Origin: an uncultured Bacilli bacterium
GTDB lineage: Bacteria; Bacillota_I; Bacilli_A; RF39; UBA660
Reading direction: 5' to 3'
Assembly: GCA_944358855.1 (NCBI GenBank)
Contig: CALVSC010000002.1
Location: forward strand, 1 to 49,395
Length of the DNA: 49,395 nt
Shown: positions 28,191 to 36,934 of the stretch, in pieces
Layout: every line of letters starts with the position of its first letter
How positions within the stretch are numbered: position 1 is the first letter of the stretch
Translations under genes and position numbers: made by a program
The notes under the pieces: model-generated
Database searches by the model: none
What the model saw: only the letters and a program-made list of their open reading frames with translations
Told to the model about the DNA's origin: nothing

Positions 28191-29814
28191 CTAAATGATA
28201 CTCTTTTCCTAAATTATTACTGGAGGCTGTTACTGTCGTTCCAGTTTTAAAAATAATATTTAATCTTACTTCTTTTTCCTTTTTTTCACTTTTATTAACG
28301 ATTATTTTTTCTACCAAAGAATTAACTATGTTATTTAAGCAAGCTTTATCATCAATAGAATGTTTTAAACCTTCTTCTATATTCTTTATTTCTTTTTTAA
28401 TAAAATATTTATCATACTTAGTCATTTTTAAGTAATTAATTTGTGTTAAATATTTATTTAATTCTATATTTAATTCATCTATTTGTCTTTTATAATCAAT
28501 GTTTTCTAAATAACCATCTAATACGAGTTCTAATAACTTGTTCTTTTTCGTTTTTATAACAATACATTTTTCATCTAATTTTTTTATTTCTTCGATACTG
28601 GTTTTCGATAACAAATAATTTTTACATTCGTTAATTAAACCTTTAAATATTTTTTTGTTATTAGAATAAATTGTAGATATGATGTTTTTAAATAATTTAT
28701 CTAATTCTTGTTCTACCACTCTACTATTTGTACAGCCTTTCAAACTTTCTTTGCGATATATTTGACATTCCCAGACAGGATTGTTTTTTCTTTTACCAGC
28801 ACTATTTCTATGATAAGTAACGTTATGTATACCACAATATATTTTTCCAGAATAAGTATATCGATTATGAAATATTGTTTTATCTTCAATTTTATTTAGA
28901 TAGCTTTTTCTTCTTCTTTGTAACTTGATATTGGCTTTTTCCCATAACTTTTCTGATACTATGGGTGGAACTTTATCATAATCTTTATATAGAGTCCAGT
29001 TTTCTTTCGTTAGTTTCTTTTTTCTTTTTGTTTTATAATCTATAACTTCTGTCTTATGACCACAATAGTATCCCTTATATTTGGGGTTTTCTATTATTCC
29101 TGAAATAATTGTTGTATCTAATCTTTTTCCGGTTTTTGTTTTATAATTTAAGTCATATAAATATTTAGATATTTTAGATAACCCATCATTTGTATTAGCG
29201 TATCGATCGAAAATTATTTTAATCATTTTCGCTTGATTTTTATCAATTATCAGTTTGCCCTTATCTTTTATATAACCATAAATATTAGATGAACCTAAAA
29301 CAACGCCATTATTAATACTTCTTTTCATACCAAAGGATACTCTTTCTGATAGTTTTCTTACTTCATCTTGAGCAATCGAAGACATTATGGTAAGTCGAAG
29401 CTCTGAGTCAGGTAAAATAGTATTTATATTATCATTTAAAAAATATACTCCTACTCCATTTTGTAGTAATTTTTCTGTATATTTGATACTATCTAGTGTA
29501 CTTCTTGAAAATCTTGATATTTCTTTTGTTAATATTAAATCAAATTTATGGTTTTTAGCATCTTCCATCATTTTTAAAAACTCTTCTCTTTTTTTTACTG
29601 TTGTTCCACTGATTCCTTCATCAATATAAGCCCCTTCGAAATGCCAGTGAGGTATTTTGCTTATGTAATCATTAAAAAAAGAAATTTGATGTGATAAGGA
29701 ATGTAATTGTTCTTCTTTCTCGGTTGATACACGAGCGTAAAAACATACTCTTAAATCTAATTCTTGAAGAGACTTTCCTTGTATAATGTGTTTCCTAACT
29801 GTATATAAATCCAT
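28147..29814 (-). CDS. Large serine recombinase (integrase/excisionase of the intervening element)
   Basis: Resolvase catalytic domain (YARVSTEKEEQ, SRFSRS), recombinase domain, Cys-rich zinc ribbon (CGIHNVTYH...WECQ...C) and coiled coil. The last 11 codons run through the att core into host DNA. Confidence 0.9.
   Translation of the reverse strand: MDLYTVRKHIIQGKSLQELDLRVCFYARVSTEKEEQLHSLSHQISFFNDYISKIPHWHFEGAYIDEGISGTTVKKREEFLKMMEDAKNHKFDLILTKEISRFSRSTLDSIKYTEKLLQNGVGVYFLNDNINTILPDSELRLTIMSSIAQDEVRKLSERVSFGMKRSINNGVVLGSSNIYGYIKDKGKLIIDKNQAKMIKIIFDRYANTNDGLSKISKYLYDLNYKTKTGKRLDTTIISGIIENPKYKGYYCGHKTEVIDYKTKRKKKLTKENWTLYKDYDKVPPIVSEKLWEKANIKLQRRRKSYLNKIEDKTIFHNRYTYSGKIYCGIHNVTYHRNSAGKRKNNPVWECQIYRKESLKGCTNSRVVEQELDKLFKNIISTIYSNNKKIFKGLINECKNYLLSKTSIEEIKKLDEKCIVIKTKKNKLLELVLDGYLENIDYKRQIDELNIELNKYLTQINYLKMTKYDKYFIKKEIKNIEEGLKHSIDDKACLNNIVNSLVEKIIVNKSEKKEKEVRLNIIFKTGTTVTASSNNLGKEYHLEEDITTSKGSFSSC
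28171..28180. repeat. att core copy (attL/attR), ACTTGTTGTA
   Basis: Identical 10-mer at 38927-38936 in the same orientation. Confidence 0.85.
28192..28205. repeat. Element-end inverted arm, TAAATGATACTCTT (P' arm of the putative attP)
   Basis: Its reverse complement AAGAGTATCATTTA matches 38906-38919 (AAGGGTATCATTTA) at 13 of 14 positions. Confidence 0.75.
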
Positions 29815-29830
29815 CCTCTATTCTCCTTAC

Positions 29831-29953
29831 TTAAATTATTTTATTCATAACAAAGTTATACATATCTTTCGTTATTATATTATTTTGTTTTAAATATGTA
29901 AGCAAGGTCATTTTTATTTCTTTTTCTATCGATTTATTCATCATATTTTTCAA
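29831..29953 (-). CDS. Small 40-aa ORF immediately upstream of the recombinase gene (possible accessory or directionality factor)
   Basis: TTG start 6 nt after AAAGGAG. The product is (M)KNMMNKSIEKEIKMTLLTYLKQNNIITKDMYNFVMNKII. It lies 16 nt from the recombinase start. No family recognised. Confidence 0.3.
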   Translation of the reverse strand: MKNMMNKSIEKEIKMTLLTYLKQNNIITKDMYNFVMNKII

Positions 29954-30010
29954 ATATCTACTCCTTTCTAATCTCATAAAAATTATATGAAGATATGGAA
30001 AATTTATGGC

Positions 30011-30035
30011 AAAAAAAAACAACAAAATGTTGTTT
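30011..30035 (-). terminator. Intrinsic terminator after ackA
   Basis: AAACAAC-AAAAT-GTTGTTT followed by T9 on the minus strand. Confidence 0.6.
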
Positions 30036-31287
30036 AACTTATTTTTTTTAATTGTGGTGCAGTTTGATTTTGCTTTAATTGTTCACTTATTTCATAAGTA
30101 TCTTTTAAAATCATATACTCTTCGTTTGTTGGCATTACCATAACTCTTATTTTGGAGTCGCTAGTTGATATTTCACCACTATTTTGTTCTTTAAAGCCGG
30201 CAATGGTATCATTTGCTTCTTCATCTAAAGAAATAGACATGACATCTTTTATTTCATTGATGATACCTGCTCTTAAAGACATCGCGTTTTCTCCAATACC
30301 AGCAGTAAATACTATAGCATCTACCTTACCATGTAATTGGAAATAATATTGAGCGATGTATTTAACAATAGAGTCTTTTAACATATCAATTGCAAGTTGG
30401 GCTTTTTCATCTCCCTCATTTGCAAGTTGTTCTACATCTCTAAAATCGTTTTTATTCGCAATACCTAATAATCCACTTTGCTTATTTAAAGCAGAAGTTA
30501 CCTCTTCTACGCTCATATTTCTTTCTTTACAAATATATTCAATAATTGAACTGTCAATGTTACCACTTCTAGTCCCCATAATTAGTCCATCTAATGGAGT
30601 TAATCCCATGGTTGTGTTGTAACATAATCCATCTTTAATGCAAGAAACACTTGCACCTGAACCGATATGACAAATAATTAAATTAACATCATCTTTACCT
30701 AAATACTTTTGCATTTGTTCTGTAATATATTTATGACTTGTTCCATGAAAGCCATATTTTCTAACACCGTTTTCTTCATACCAACTATATGGTACAGCAT
30801 ACATATAATTTTCTTTTGGCATTGTTTGATGAAATGCTGTATCAAAAACAGCAACTTGTGGAACTCCTGGTAATAAAGCTTGCAAACTTTCAATACCAGC
30901 AATTTCACCGGGATGATGCAATGGTCCAAGCTTTGTTAATGACTTAATATTTTCCAATACTTCATCATCGATTAAAACAGAAGTTGAATATATTTCACCA
31001 CCATGTAAAACACGATGACCAACACCTTTAATGTCTGTTATATCGCCTATAAAGTTATTTTCAAGCAATTCATCTAGCATTGTTGCAACTGCTTGAGAAT
31101 GATTAGATATTGCTTTTCTTTTTTCTTGTTTTTCTTCGCCAAACTTTAAAGTATAGAAACTATCATCTTTACCTATTTTTTCCACATAACCATTTACAAT
31201 TACTTTTGCTTCTGGCATTTCATATAATGTGAATTTTAAAGATGAACTTCCTGCATTAACAATTAAAAATTTTTCAGCCTCAGCCAT
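30034..31287 (-). CDS. ackA: Acetate kinase
   Basis: Full-length canonical AckA: VNAGSSSLKF, GHRVLHGG, FDTAFHQTMP, YGFHGTSH, GTRSGNID, TAGIGEN. ATG at 31287 after GGAGGTG. It has its own TTGTCT-17-TAAAAT promoter. Confidence 0.93.
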   Translation of the reverse strand: MAEAEKFLIVNAGSSSLKFTLYEMPEAKVIVNGYVEKIGKDDSFYTLKFGEEKQEKRKAISNHSQAVATMLDELLENNFIGDITDIKGVGHRVLHGGEIYSTSVLIDDEVLENIKSLTKLGPLHHPGEIAGIESLQALLPGVPQVAVFDTAFHQTMPKENYMYAVPYSWYEENGVRKYGFHGTSHKYITEQMQKYLGKDDVNLIICHIGSGASVSCIKDGLCYNTTMGLTPLDGLIMGTRSGNIDSSIIEYICKERNMSVEEVTSALNKQSGLLGIANKNDFRDVEQLANEGDEKAQLAIDMLKDSIVKYIAQYYFQLHGKVDAIVFTAGIGENAMSLRAGIINEIKDVMSISLDEEANDTIAGFKEQNSGEISTSDSKIRVMVMPTNEEYMILKDTYEISEQLKQNQTAPQLKKIS

Positions 31288-31387
31288 AGTTTTCACCTCC
31301 TATAAAAACCTTTTATATTTTACCATTTTTTGAGCAAAAAGACAAATATTACTCACTTTGAACATTGATTTTAACTAGAAAAGCAAC

Positions 31388-33646
31388 CTAATTTTTGGTT
31401 GCTTTTAATAAAGTTTTGGGTCTTGTTTTTGGTTGTTGATGAGTGGTTTGCGGAAGGTCTTCTGCTTGTTCTTCCCATCTTTTATATTCTTCTGTTAATG
31501 CTCTTCTCATTTCTAAATAAGTAGTAGAATTTAATATATTATTATCGTATAAGTCTCTTAGTTGCCCTAAAGTTGAAGTTTTTTCTTCTTGAAGTGTTTT
31601 TCTATCTTTCATTATTACTCTTGGTATTTTTTGATCAGGATGATCAAATCTAAAGCCTGCTGTTGGAGTTATATTTACATTTAATAGTTCTTGGGCTCTT
31701 CTTAGTGTTTCTTTATGTCTTTGTTCCTCGTCTATTTCTTTGCTTATTCCATTGTAAGGTCTTAGTGTCATTCTTTCGTAAGGTTCTGTTATAGATGGTT
31801 TTCTCTCTATTACAGATTTCATTTCATTATATAGCCCTTTACCATTGGTATCTAATAATACAACAGGAGTTGATTCATAGGCCATTGGAAATTCATCTCC
31901 ACAAAAAGTAGAGACTTTAATTTGTCCTTGATCAAAAGAAATAATAAACCTAGTATCTCTTTTCATTAGTTCTAGATACATATCATCCTTTTCTTCTTCT
32001 GAAAGTGATACAAATTGACTTTTAGCATAGTCAAATAAAACTTGATTTTCTAATAATAATCCGGATAGAATTTCCTCCTCGGTAGTGTCTATTGTTTCTA
32101 AATATGCTCTTATAAGGTTTTCTTTTTGATCTTTTGATAAAGTAGTACGTAAATGGTCTTTCATTGGTGTTATTATTTTATGTTCTAGAGTTTTTACTGT
32201 ATTCATACTATAGATTGTTCCTGATAGTTCTCTATTTTGTGGTTCAGCAAATATTATTGCTTTTTTAGGATCAGAGTGTGTAAGTCCTAAATATTTATAA
32301 CTTGGAACATGTTCTCTCGTTCCTAGCTTTATACATGGTGTTAGTATCTCTATATGGTCTTTATATGTTGCGATGTATACAGCCTTACTATTTTCAACAG
32401 GTAATATAAATCTTTCTAATTTAATTAACCCATCTCTATCCTTCACCTTCGCAACTGCATGTATATCTCCTTGTATACATGATACAAAAATACTTTCTAA
32501 CTCTGCTTGCTGTTGTTGGAGTTTGTTTTTGTATGAAGAAAATTTTAAACTATTCATATCTAACTCTATTTTCTCTCCAGCTACCTCTACTATGTACTTT
32601 CCTGTCGAAGGATACTCTGTTACTGTTTTTTCTACATTTGATTTATCATATATCTTTCCATTTCTGTCTATAAAAAATTTATGACCACATAACTCAAATT
32701 CGTAGATTTCATTATCTTTTACTTCTTTTTCTAATTCTAAAGCATCTCTAAATTCTTTTAGTTTTTCTTTTAATTTTTCTATTATATCTTTATTATATAT
32801 ACCTAGTTTTCTAATATAGGATTCGTCTAACTCATTGAAAAACTTATCCATATACTCATCATCTGGTGCTGGTCGTTCTAATAATAATTCTACTATATTT
32901 TTATATTCCCAAAATAATAATTTTCCTATCGTGCTTGTTTTATCAGTTATTAAATCTCGCTGTGCAGCAATATAGTCTTTATCTTTTATTGCCTCAGCAA
33001 ATGGATAAGGGCTATTCCGGGGATTTTCGTGATATCTTTCGGCATCCTTCATAAATTTTTTCCAGAGGCTTGATGGAGAATTACTAAAATCTATTCCTCC
33101 TTTTAAAAACTTACTATAACTTTCTTTATCACCTTTTAATAATCTAGCAAATCTTGCCATACTAGTTTGAGGCTTATAAACTGCACTATTATCTTCTTGC
33201 ATGATTGCTTCTGTTAACATCTGCGTTAGTGCCTCATTCATAAACGCTGTTTTTAGGGCTTCTTTATCTGTTTGCAGATCATAAAAAGCACCTGCCACTA
33301 CCAGAAAATGAATAAATTCATGACATAGTACACCATCTAATGTTTCGGGATCATCTAAAATGCTTTCATTAATGTAAATTCTTCTTTGTAGCATACTAAA
33401 TAAACCGTTGGCTTTCCGTTGGCTTAACTCTTTACTTACAACAATTTTATATTTTCCTGTTCCTTCTTTTAGCAAAAGATCCTGAAGAAACTTTCTATAA
33501 TTTCTTTCCTTGGTATATCCTCTATCATTAAAAAACTTTTGGATTTTTCTCATTACCCTACGAAATGAATCTATTAGTCTTGGATCTATCTCTATCTTAT
33601 CCAGATTACCTTTCGATAATAAATCAACAAAACTTCTATCTTCCAT
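31388..33646 (-). CDS. 752-aa protein with an N-terminal zincin (HExxH) metallopeptidase-like domain, as in polyvalent proteins of mobile elements
   Basis: CHEFIHFLV followed about 30 residues later by MNEALTQMLTE (HExxH plus a downstream Glu). The remaining roughly 600 aa are unrecognised. Confidence 0.55.
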   Translation of the reverse strand: MEDRSFVDLLSKGNLDKIEIDPRLIDSFRRVMRKIQKFFNDRGYTKERNYRKFLQDLLLKEGTGKYKIVVSKELSQRKANGLFSMLQRRIYINESILDDPETLDGVLCHEFIHFLVVAGAFYDLQTDKEALKTAFMNEALTQMLTEAIMQEDNSAVYKPQTSMARFARLLKGDKESYSKFLKGGIDFSNSPSSLWKKFMKDAERYHENPRNSPYPFAEAIKDKDYIAAQRDLITDKTSTIGKLLFWEYKNIVELLLERPAPDDEYMDKFFNELDESYIRKLGIYNKDIIEKLKEKLKEFRDALELEKEVKDNEIYEFELCGHKFFIDRNGKIYDKSNVEKTVTEYPSTGKYIVEVAGEKIELDMNSLKFSSYKNKLQQQQAELESIFVSCIQGDIHAVAKVKDRDGLIKLERFILPVENSKAVYIATYKDHIEILTPCIKLGTREHVPSYKYLGLTHSDPKKAIIFAEPQNRELSGTIYSMNTVKTLEHKIITPMKDHLRTTLSKDQKENLIRAYLETIDTTEEEILSGLLLENQVLFDYAKSQFVSLSEEEKDDMYLELMKRDTRFIISFDQGQIKVSTFCGDEFPMAYESTPVVLLDTNGKGLYNEMKSVIERKPSITEPYERMTLRPYNGISKEIDEEQRHKETLRRAQELLNVNITPTAGFRFDHPDQKIPRVIMKDRKTLQEEKTSTLGQLRDLYDNNILNSTTYLEMRRALTEEYKRWEEQAEDLPQTTHQQPKTRPKTLLKATKN

Positions 33647-33736
33647 TTTATCACTCCCTTATATTGTTTTGTTAATAAAAGATTCGCGCTTATTATACCA
33701 TAAAATGCTACATTTTTCTACTGCATATTTTTTCAT

Positions 33737-33760
33737 AAAAAAAGAGGAGATGTCTCCTCT
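33737..33760 (-). terminator. Intrinsic terminator after the CnaB-repeat gene
   Basis: AGAGGAG-ATGT-CTCCTCT followed by T7 on the minus strand. Confidence 0.6.
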
Positions 33761-34949
33761 ATTCATGATTACATTTTTTAAATTTATATGCTGTTAGACC
33801 AAGCCCTGTAAGAGAAATTATAAATAATGTGGTCATTATTATAATAGAATCACTTGTATTAGGGTTATTCACTTCTACTTTTTGTTGTTCTTGTGGCGTA
33901 TCTACTAAATCTCCAATATATTTTGCATCTACTACAAATCCTTCTTTATTATCTCCAGTAATTGTAAATTCATAGTCTTCTGTATTTTCTAATCGTAAAC
34001 TATATTGACTTGGTGTTTTTTCTTTCTTATTTTTATATAAGTTGGTAATTACTTCTTCCCAGTCGTCTTCTTTTGTTACAGTGATGGTTTGTTCTTGGGT
34101 ATCAAAGTTATATAAACCAAATTCTAATTTATCTGGTCTTTTCTTTGCTTTGTCATTTTCATCGTCCCAGTTTATTGTTACTTTAGAATCATCGATACGA
34201 TATGGTTCATGTGTTATATAAACATCGATATTTCCTTCTTCATCCACAACTATTTTATAATCATAATCAGGATTAGCATAAAGTGATTTATAAACAAATT
34301 GTACTGGTTTATCTAGAAGTGGATTTCCAAATTCGTCTTTATGATAAGCATCTTCTATATATACTTCTTTTTGACAAGTATTTGCATCTATATAAGTATC
34401 TTCTTCATCTGCACAACTTACTCTAATATATTTACCGTCATCTCCATCTAAAGCAATATCTGTATCCCTATAAAAATCTCTGGCATTTCCATCGTCCCAG
34501 TGTTCTGTATATGTGATAGTTTTAAATGGTAATATATAAAAATCTACTGTTAAAGTTCTATTTTCTCTTGTAATATAATCTTTTGTTCCTAAAGGATATG
34601 AATAATGTGGAAATCTAGCATTTTCCGTATAGTATATTTGGGCTCCATCTTCGTGATCCATATATACAATTCTCTCTATAGACCATATTGTTGTTTCATC
34701 ATCTACTCTTCTAACATCTACTTCATCTTTTTTAAATGTATAATTGTATTCTTCTTTTAAATTTACATTATCCATGAATTGTAATGTTATTTCATCTGGT
34801 CTGTAACCTAATTTGTTATCATAGTCGTGCCAAGCAATTTCAAATGTTACAGGTACAAAAGTATCGTCGATTAAAGGTGCGGCAGATACATTTGTTGTTA
34901 AACAAAAAAACGTTCCTACTAATAATAATAAAGATAATATTTTTTTCAT
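33759..34949 (-). CDS. Secreted surface protein with three CnaB-like repeats and a C-terminal sortase-type sorting signal variant (NPNTSD)
   Basis: Signal peptide MKKILSLLLLVGTFFCLTTNVSA. There are three W(H/D)D..N....RPD-type repeats. The C-terminus is NPNTSD plus a hydrophobic helix plus KFKK. Confidence 0.7.
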   Translation of the reverse strand: MKKILSLLLLVGTFFCLTTNVSAAPLIDDTFVPVTFEIAWHDYDNKLGYRPDEITLQFMDNVNLKEEYNYTFKKDEVDVRRVDDETTIWSIERIVYMDHEDGAQIYYTENARFPHYSYPLGTKDYITRENRTLTVDFYILPFKTITYTEHWDDGNARDFYRDTDIALDGDDGKYIRVSCADEEDTYIDANTCQKEVYIEDAYHKDEFGNPLLDKPVQFVYKSLYANPDYDYKIVVDEEGNIDVYITHEPYRIDDSKVTINWDDENDKAKKRPDKLEFGLYNFDTQEQTITVTKEDDWEEVITNLYKNKKEKTPSQYSLRLENTEDYEFTITGDNKEGFVVDAKYIGDLVDTPQEQQKVEVNNPNTSDSIIIMTTLFIISLTGLGLTAYKFKKCNHE

Positions 34950-35040
34950 ATTTTTCTTCCCAATATTATATATTCTCTTGTTTATAATGTATCATTATAT
35001 TAAATAAATGTAAATATTTTTTATTTTTTTATGATTCTTT

Positions 35041-35226
35041 CTACATAATTTTATACTTGTCTTTATAATCTTTATATTTTATTTTTAGAGCATCTACTGG
35101 TTTTAAGTTTTTAAATGATTTGAATTGCAGTGAGCCTATTGGTTCATTTACAAAACTACCATCATTTACAAAAATATAAATGTAACCTTCTATATCATCA
35201 TCAACACAAACATTTTCCATTGTCAT
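35041..35226 (-). CDS. Hypothetical 61-aa ORF
   Basis: ORF only, with no good SD. A 23-codon ORF with a strong SD overlaps its 5' end in another frame. Confidence 0.25.
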   Translation of the reverse strand: MTMENVCVDDDIEGYIYIFVNDGSFVNEPIGSLQFKSFKNLKPVDALKIKYKDYKDKYKIM

Positions 35227-35329
35227 TATTGGATATTTCTCTTGCTGTTCTATAACAAAATTCCATTTTACACCTTCCTATTTTTTTTATTTCATTTGCA
35301 TTTTCTAGTTCATAACTTTAATTAATCTA

Positions 35330-36181
35330 CTAAACTACAGCTGGAATTAAAATTTCATTAATTATTTTAATAGCATTTATGGTATCAACAAATTCTATAT
35401 CTTTTGCATATTCATAAGTTTTTTGATAACTATTCCATAAAGTTTTTAATCTTGAATCATCACTAATTAATCCTATATATTTATTAGCATTTTCAATATA
35501 ATCTAATGTTTCGCGTGATGCAGATGTATTAAAAATTGCTTTTCTTAAAGTATTCTTATTAATGTCATTCCATTTTAAATTAACAAACATATATAAATCA
35601 TAGTAATCTTTCATTCTAGTGTTATCAATATTTCTACTAATAATAGATTCAAACTTTTCGGCAATAATTGTTTCATAATTATAAGTCATAATATCAATAG
35701 TTTCATTATCAAATAAGGTGCTATATTTAAATTCTACTTCTTTATAAGTGATAATATCTCCAGTAGTAATATCTATCATTAAATTAGTTTTTAAGCCATC
35801 AAACGCTGCTTTTAAATTCACTTCAAAGCCTGAATATAATTCTTCTTTTCTGATATCTTTAATATTTTCTATTTCAAGTTTGACATTATCATCTAAATCG
35901 ATACGAATAATTTCATTAATAACTTTAGTAATAGTTTCTCTATCTAGTGGCAATCCTTTTATTGTAGTATCTAAATCCATTGTGCTTCTTAAATTAACAC
36001 CAAAGATAGATGACAATAAAAGTCCACCTTTAATGATAAACTTATCTTTATATTTAGATTTTGATATTCTTCTTAATAAAGCTTCAAACATAAAGTTTTG
36101 AATTATATATTTATTAGGTATGTTAGTTTTCTTTGATAAGTTAGATACTTTTGTTTTTAGACTATCTCTATTTTTGATCAT
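35330..36181 (-). CDS. abiEii: AbiEii/AbiGii-family nucleotidyltransferase toxin (type IV TA / abortive infection)
   Basis: FIIKGGLLLSS...RSTMDLDTT...IDITTGD matches the DUF1814/AbiEii signature. There is a 4-nt ATGA overlap with the upstream antitoxin gene. Confidence 0.88.
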   Translation of the reverse strand: MIKNRDSLKTKVSNLSKKTNIPNKYIIQNFMFEALLRRISKSKYKDKFIIKGGLLLSSIFGVNLRSTMDLDTTIKGLPLDRETITKVINEIIRIDLDDNVKLEIENIKDIRKEELYSGFEVNLKAAFDGLKTNLMIDITTGDIITYKEVEFKYSTLFDNETIDIMTYNYETIIAEKFESIISRNIDNTRMKDYYDLYMFVNLKWNDINKNTLRKAIFNTSASRETLDYIENANKYIGLISDDSRLKTLWNSYQKTYEYAKDIEFVDTINAIKIINEILIPAVV

Positions 36182-36765
36182 CCGAGCACCTCGAAAGTAT
36201 CTCTTACTTTATTATAAATATTCATCTTTTTAGCATATTCATATAGTTTTAAAGTGTTTTTATTTTTACTATAAAAGTATTCTCTTATAGCCTTATTAAA
36301 AATTTCAGCATCTATTTTCTTTTTGTTTTTAATAATATCACAAATAGTTTTATCTAAATCATAAACTCTAATAATATTACCAGAATCTAGTTTATAGTTA
36401 GTTACTCCTAATTCTAATAACTCTCTTTTTGTATAAAATAAATTAACTTTCTTTTCTTTTTGAAGTGAACCATTATAACCACTATTAACTGTAATATCAT
36501 ATATAATAGGAATTCTATTAGAAAAACCGTGCAAATATAAAGCAGTTGTATTTGAATAAATAGCATTTTTACTTTTGCTTTGTAAAATAACAAATTCATC
36601 TATTAGATCATTTTTCTTAATATATACTCCTCGACTTACTCTTTCTATTTTATTTTCTTTAATAAGTTTAGTTAAATAAAATCTTGGGATATTATTATAA
36701 TTAACATTTTTAGTAGTTAGATAACCATTTTTAAATAAATTTAAAATTTTATTTTCATATTCCAT
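36178..36765 (-). CDS. abiEi: AbiEi-family antitoxin / transcriptional autoregulator
   Basis: N-terminal wHTH with the ...ERVSRGVYIKKN motif typical of AbiEi_4. It is paired with AbiEii. Confidence 0.85.
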   Translation of the reverse strand: MEYENKILNLFKNGYLTTKNVNYNNIPRFYLTKLIKENKIERVSRGVYIKKNDLIDEFVILQSKSKNAIYSNTTALYLHGFSNRIPIIYDITVNSGYNGSLQKEKKVNLFYTKRELLELGVTNYKLDSGNIIRVYDLDKTICDIIKNKKKIDAEIFNKAIREYFYSKNKNTLKLYEYAKKMNIYNKVRDTFEVLG

Positions 36766-36783
36766 ATTATTACTTTCCTTTCA

Positions 36784-36819
36784 CGATTAAATTATATCAT
36801 ATTTAATCGCATTTGAAAA
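36784..36819 (-). promoter_or_regulatory. abiE promoter with an embedded inverted-repeat operator
   Basis: Minus strand: TTTTCA (36814-36819), a 17-nt spacer, then the extended -10 TGATATAAT. The 9-bp inverted repeat CGATTAAAT-N8-ATTTAATCG (36784-36809) brackets the -10. Confidence 0.5.
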
Positions 36820-36934
36820 CAATGTTATTATAATTTTTTTATATAAAAAATATCTATATCATCTAATAATAACAAATTAGCATTATAAAAATACTGACAC
36901 ATAAATTGTAATTTATCAATCAAAGTAGTTTTGC

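Noticed and set aside
30152-30929. Small ORFs at 30152..30346 (+), 30356..30622 (+) and 30699..30929 (-) within the ackA span.
   Set aside because: They are antisense or out of frame within a fully conserved ackA ORF, which makes them typical AT-rich spurious ORFs.
35748-36101. The 117-aa plus-strand ORF inside abiEii.
   Set aside because: It is antisense to a confidently identified AbiEii gene and has no SD.
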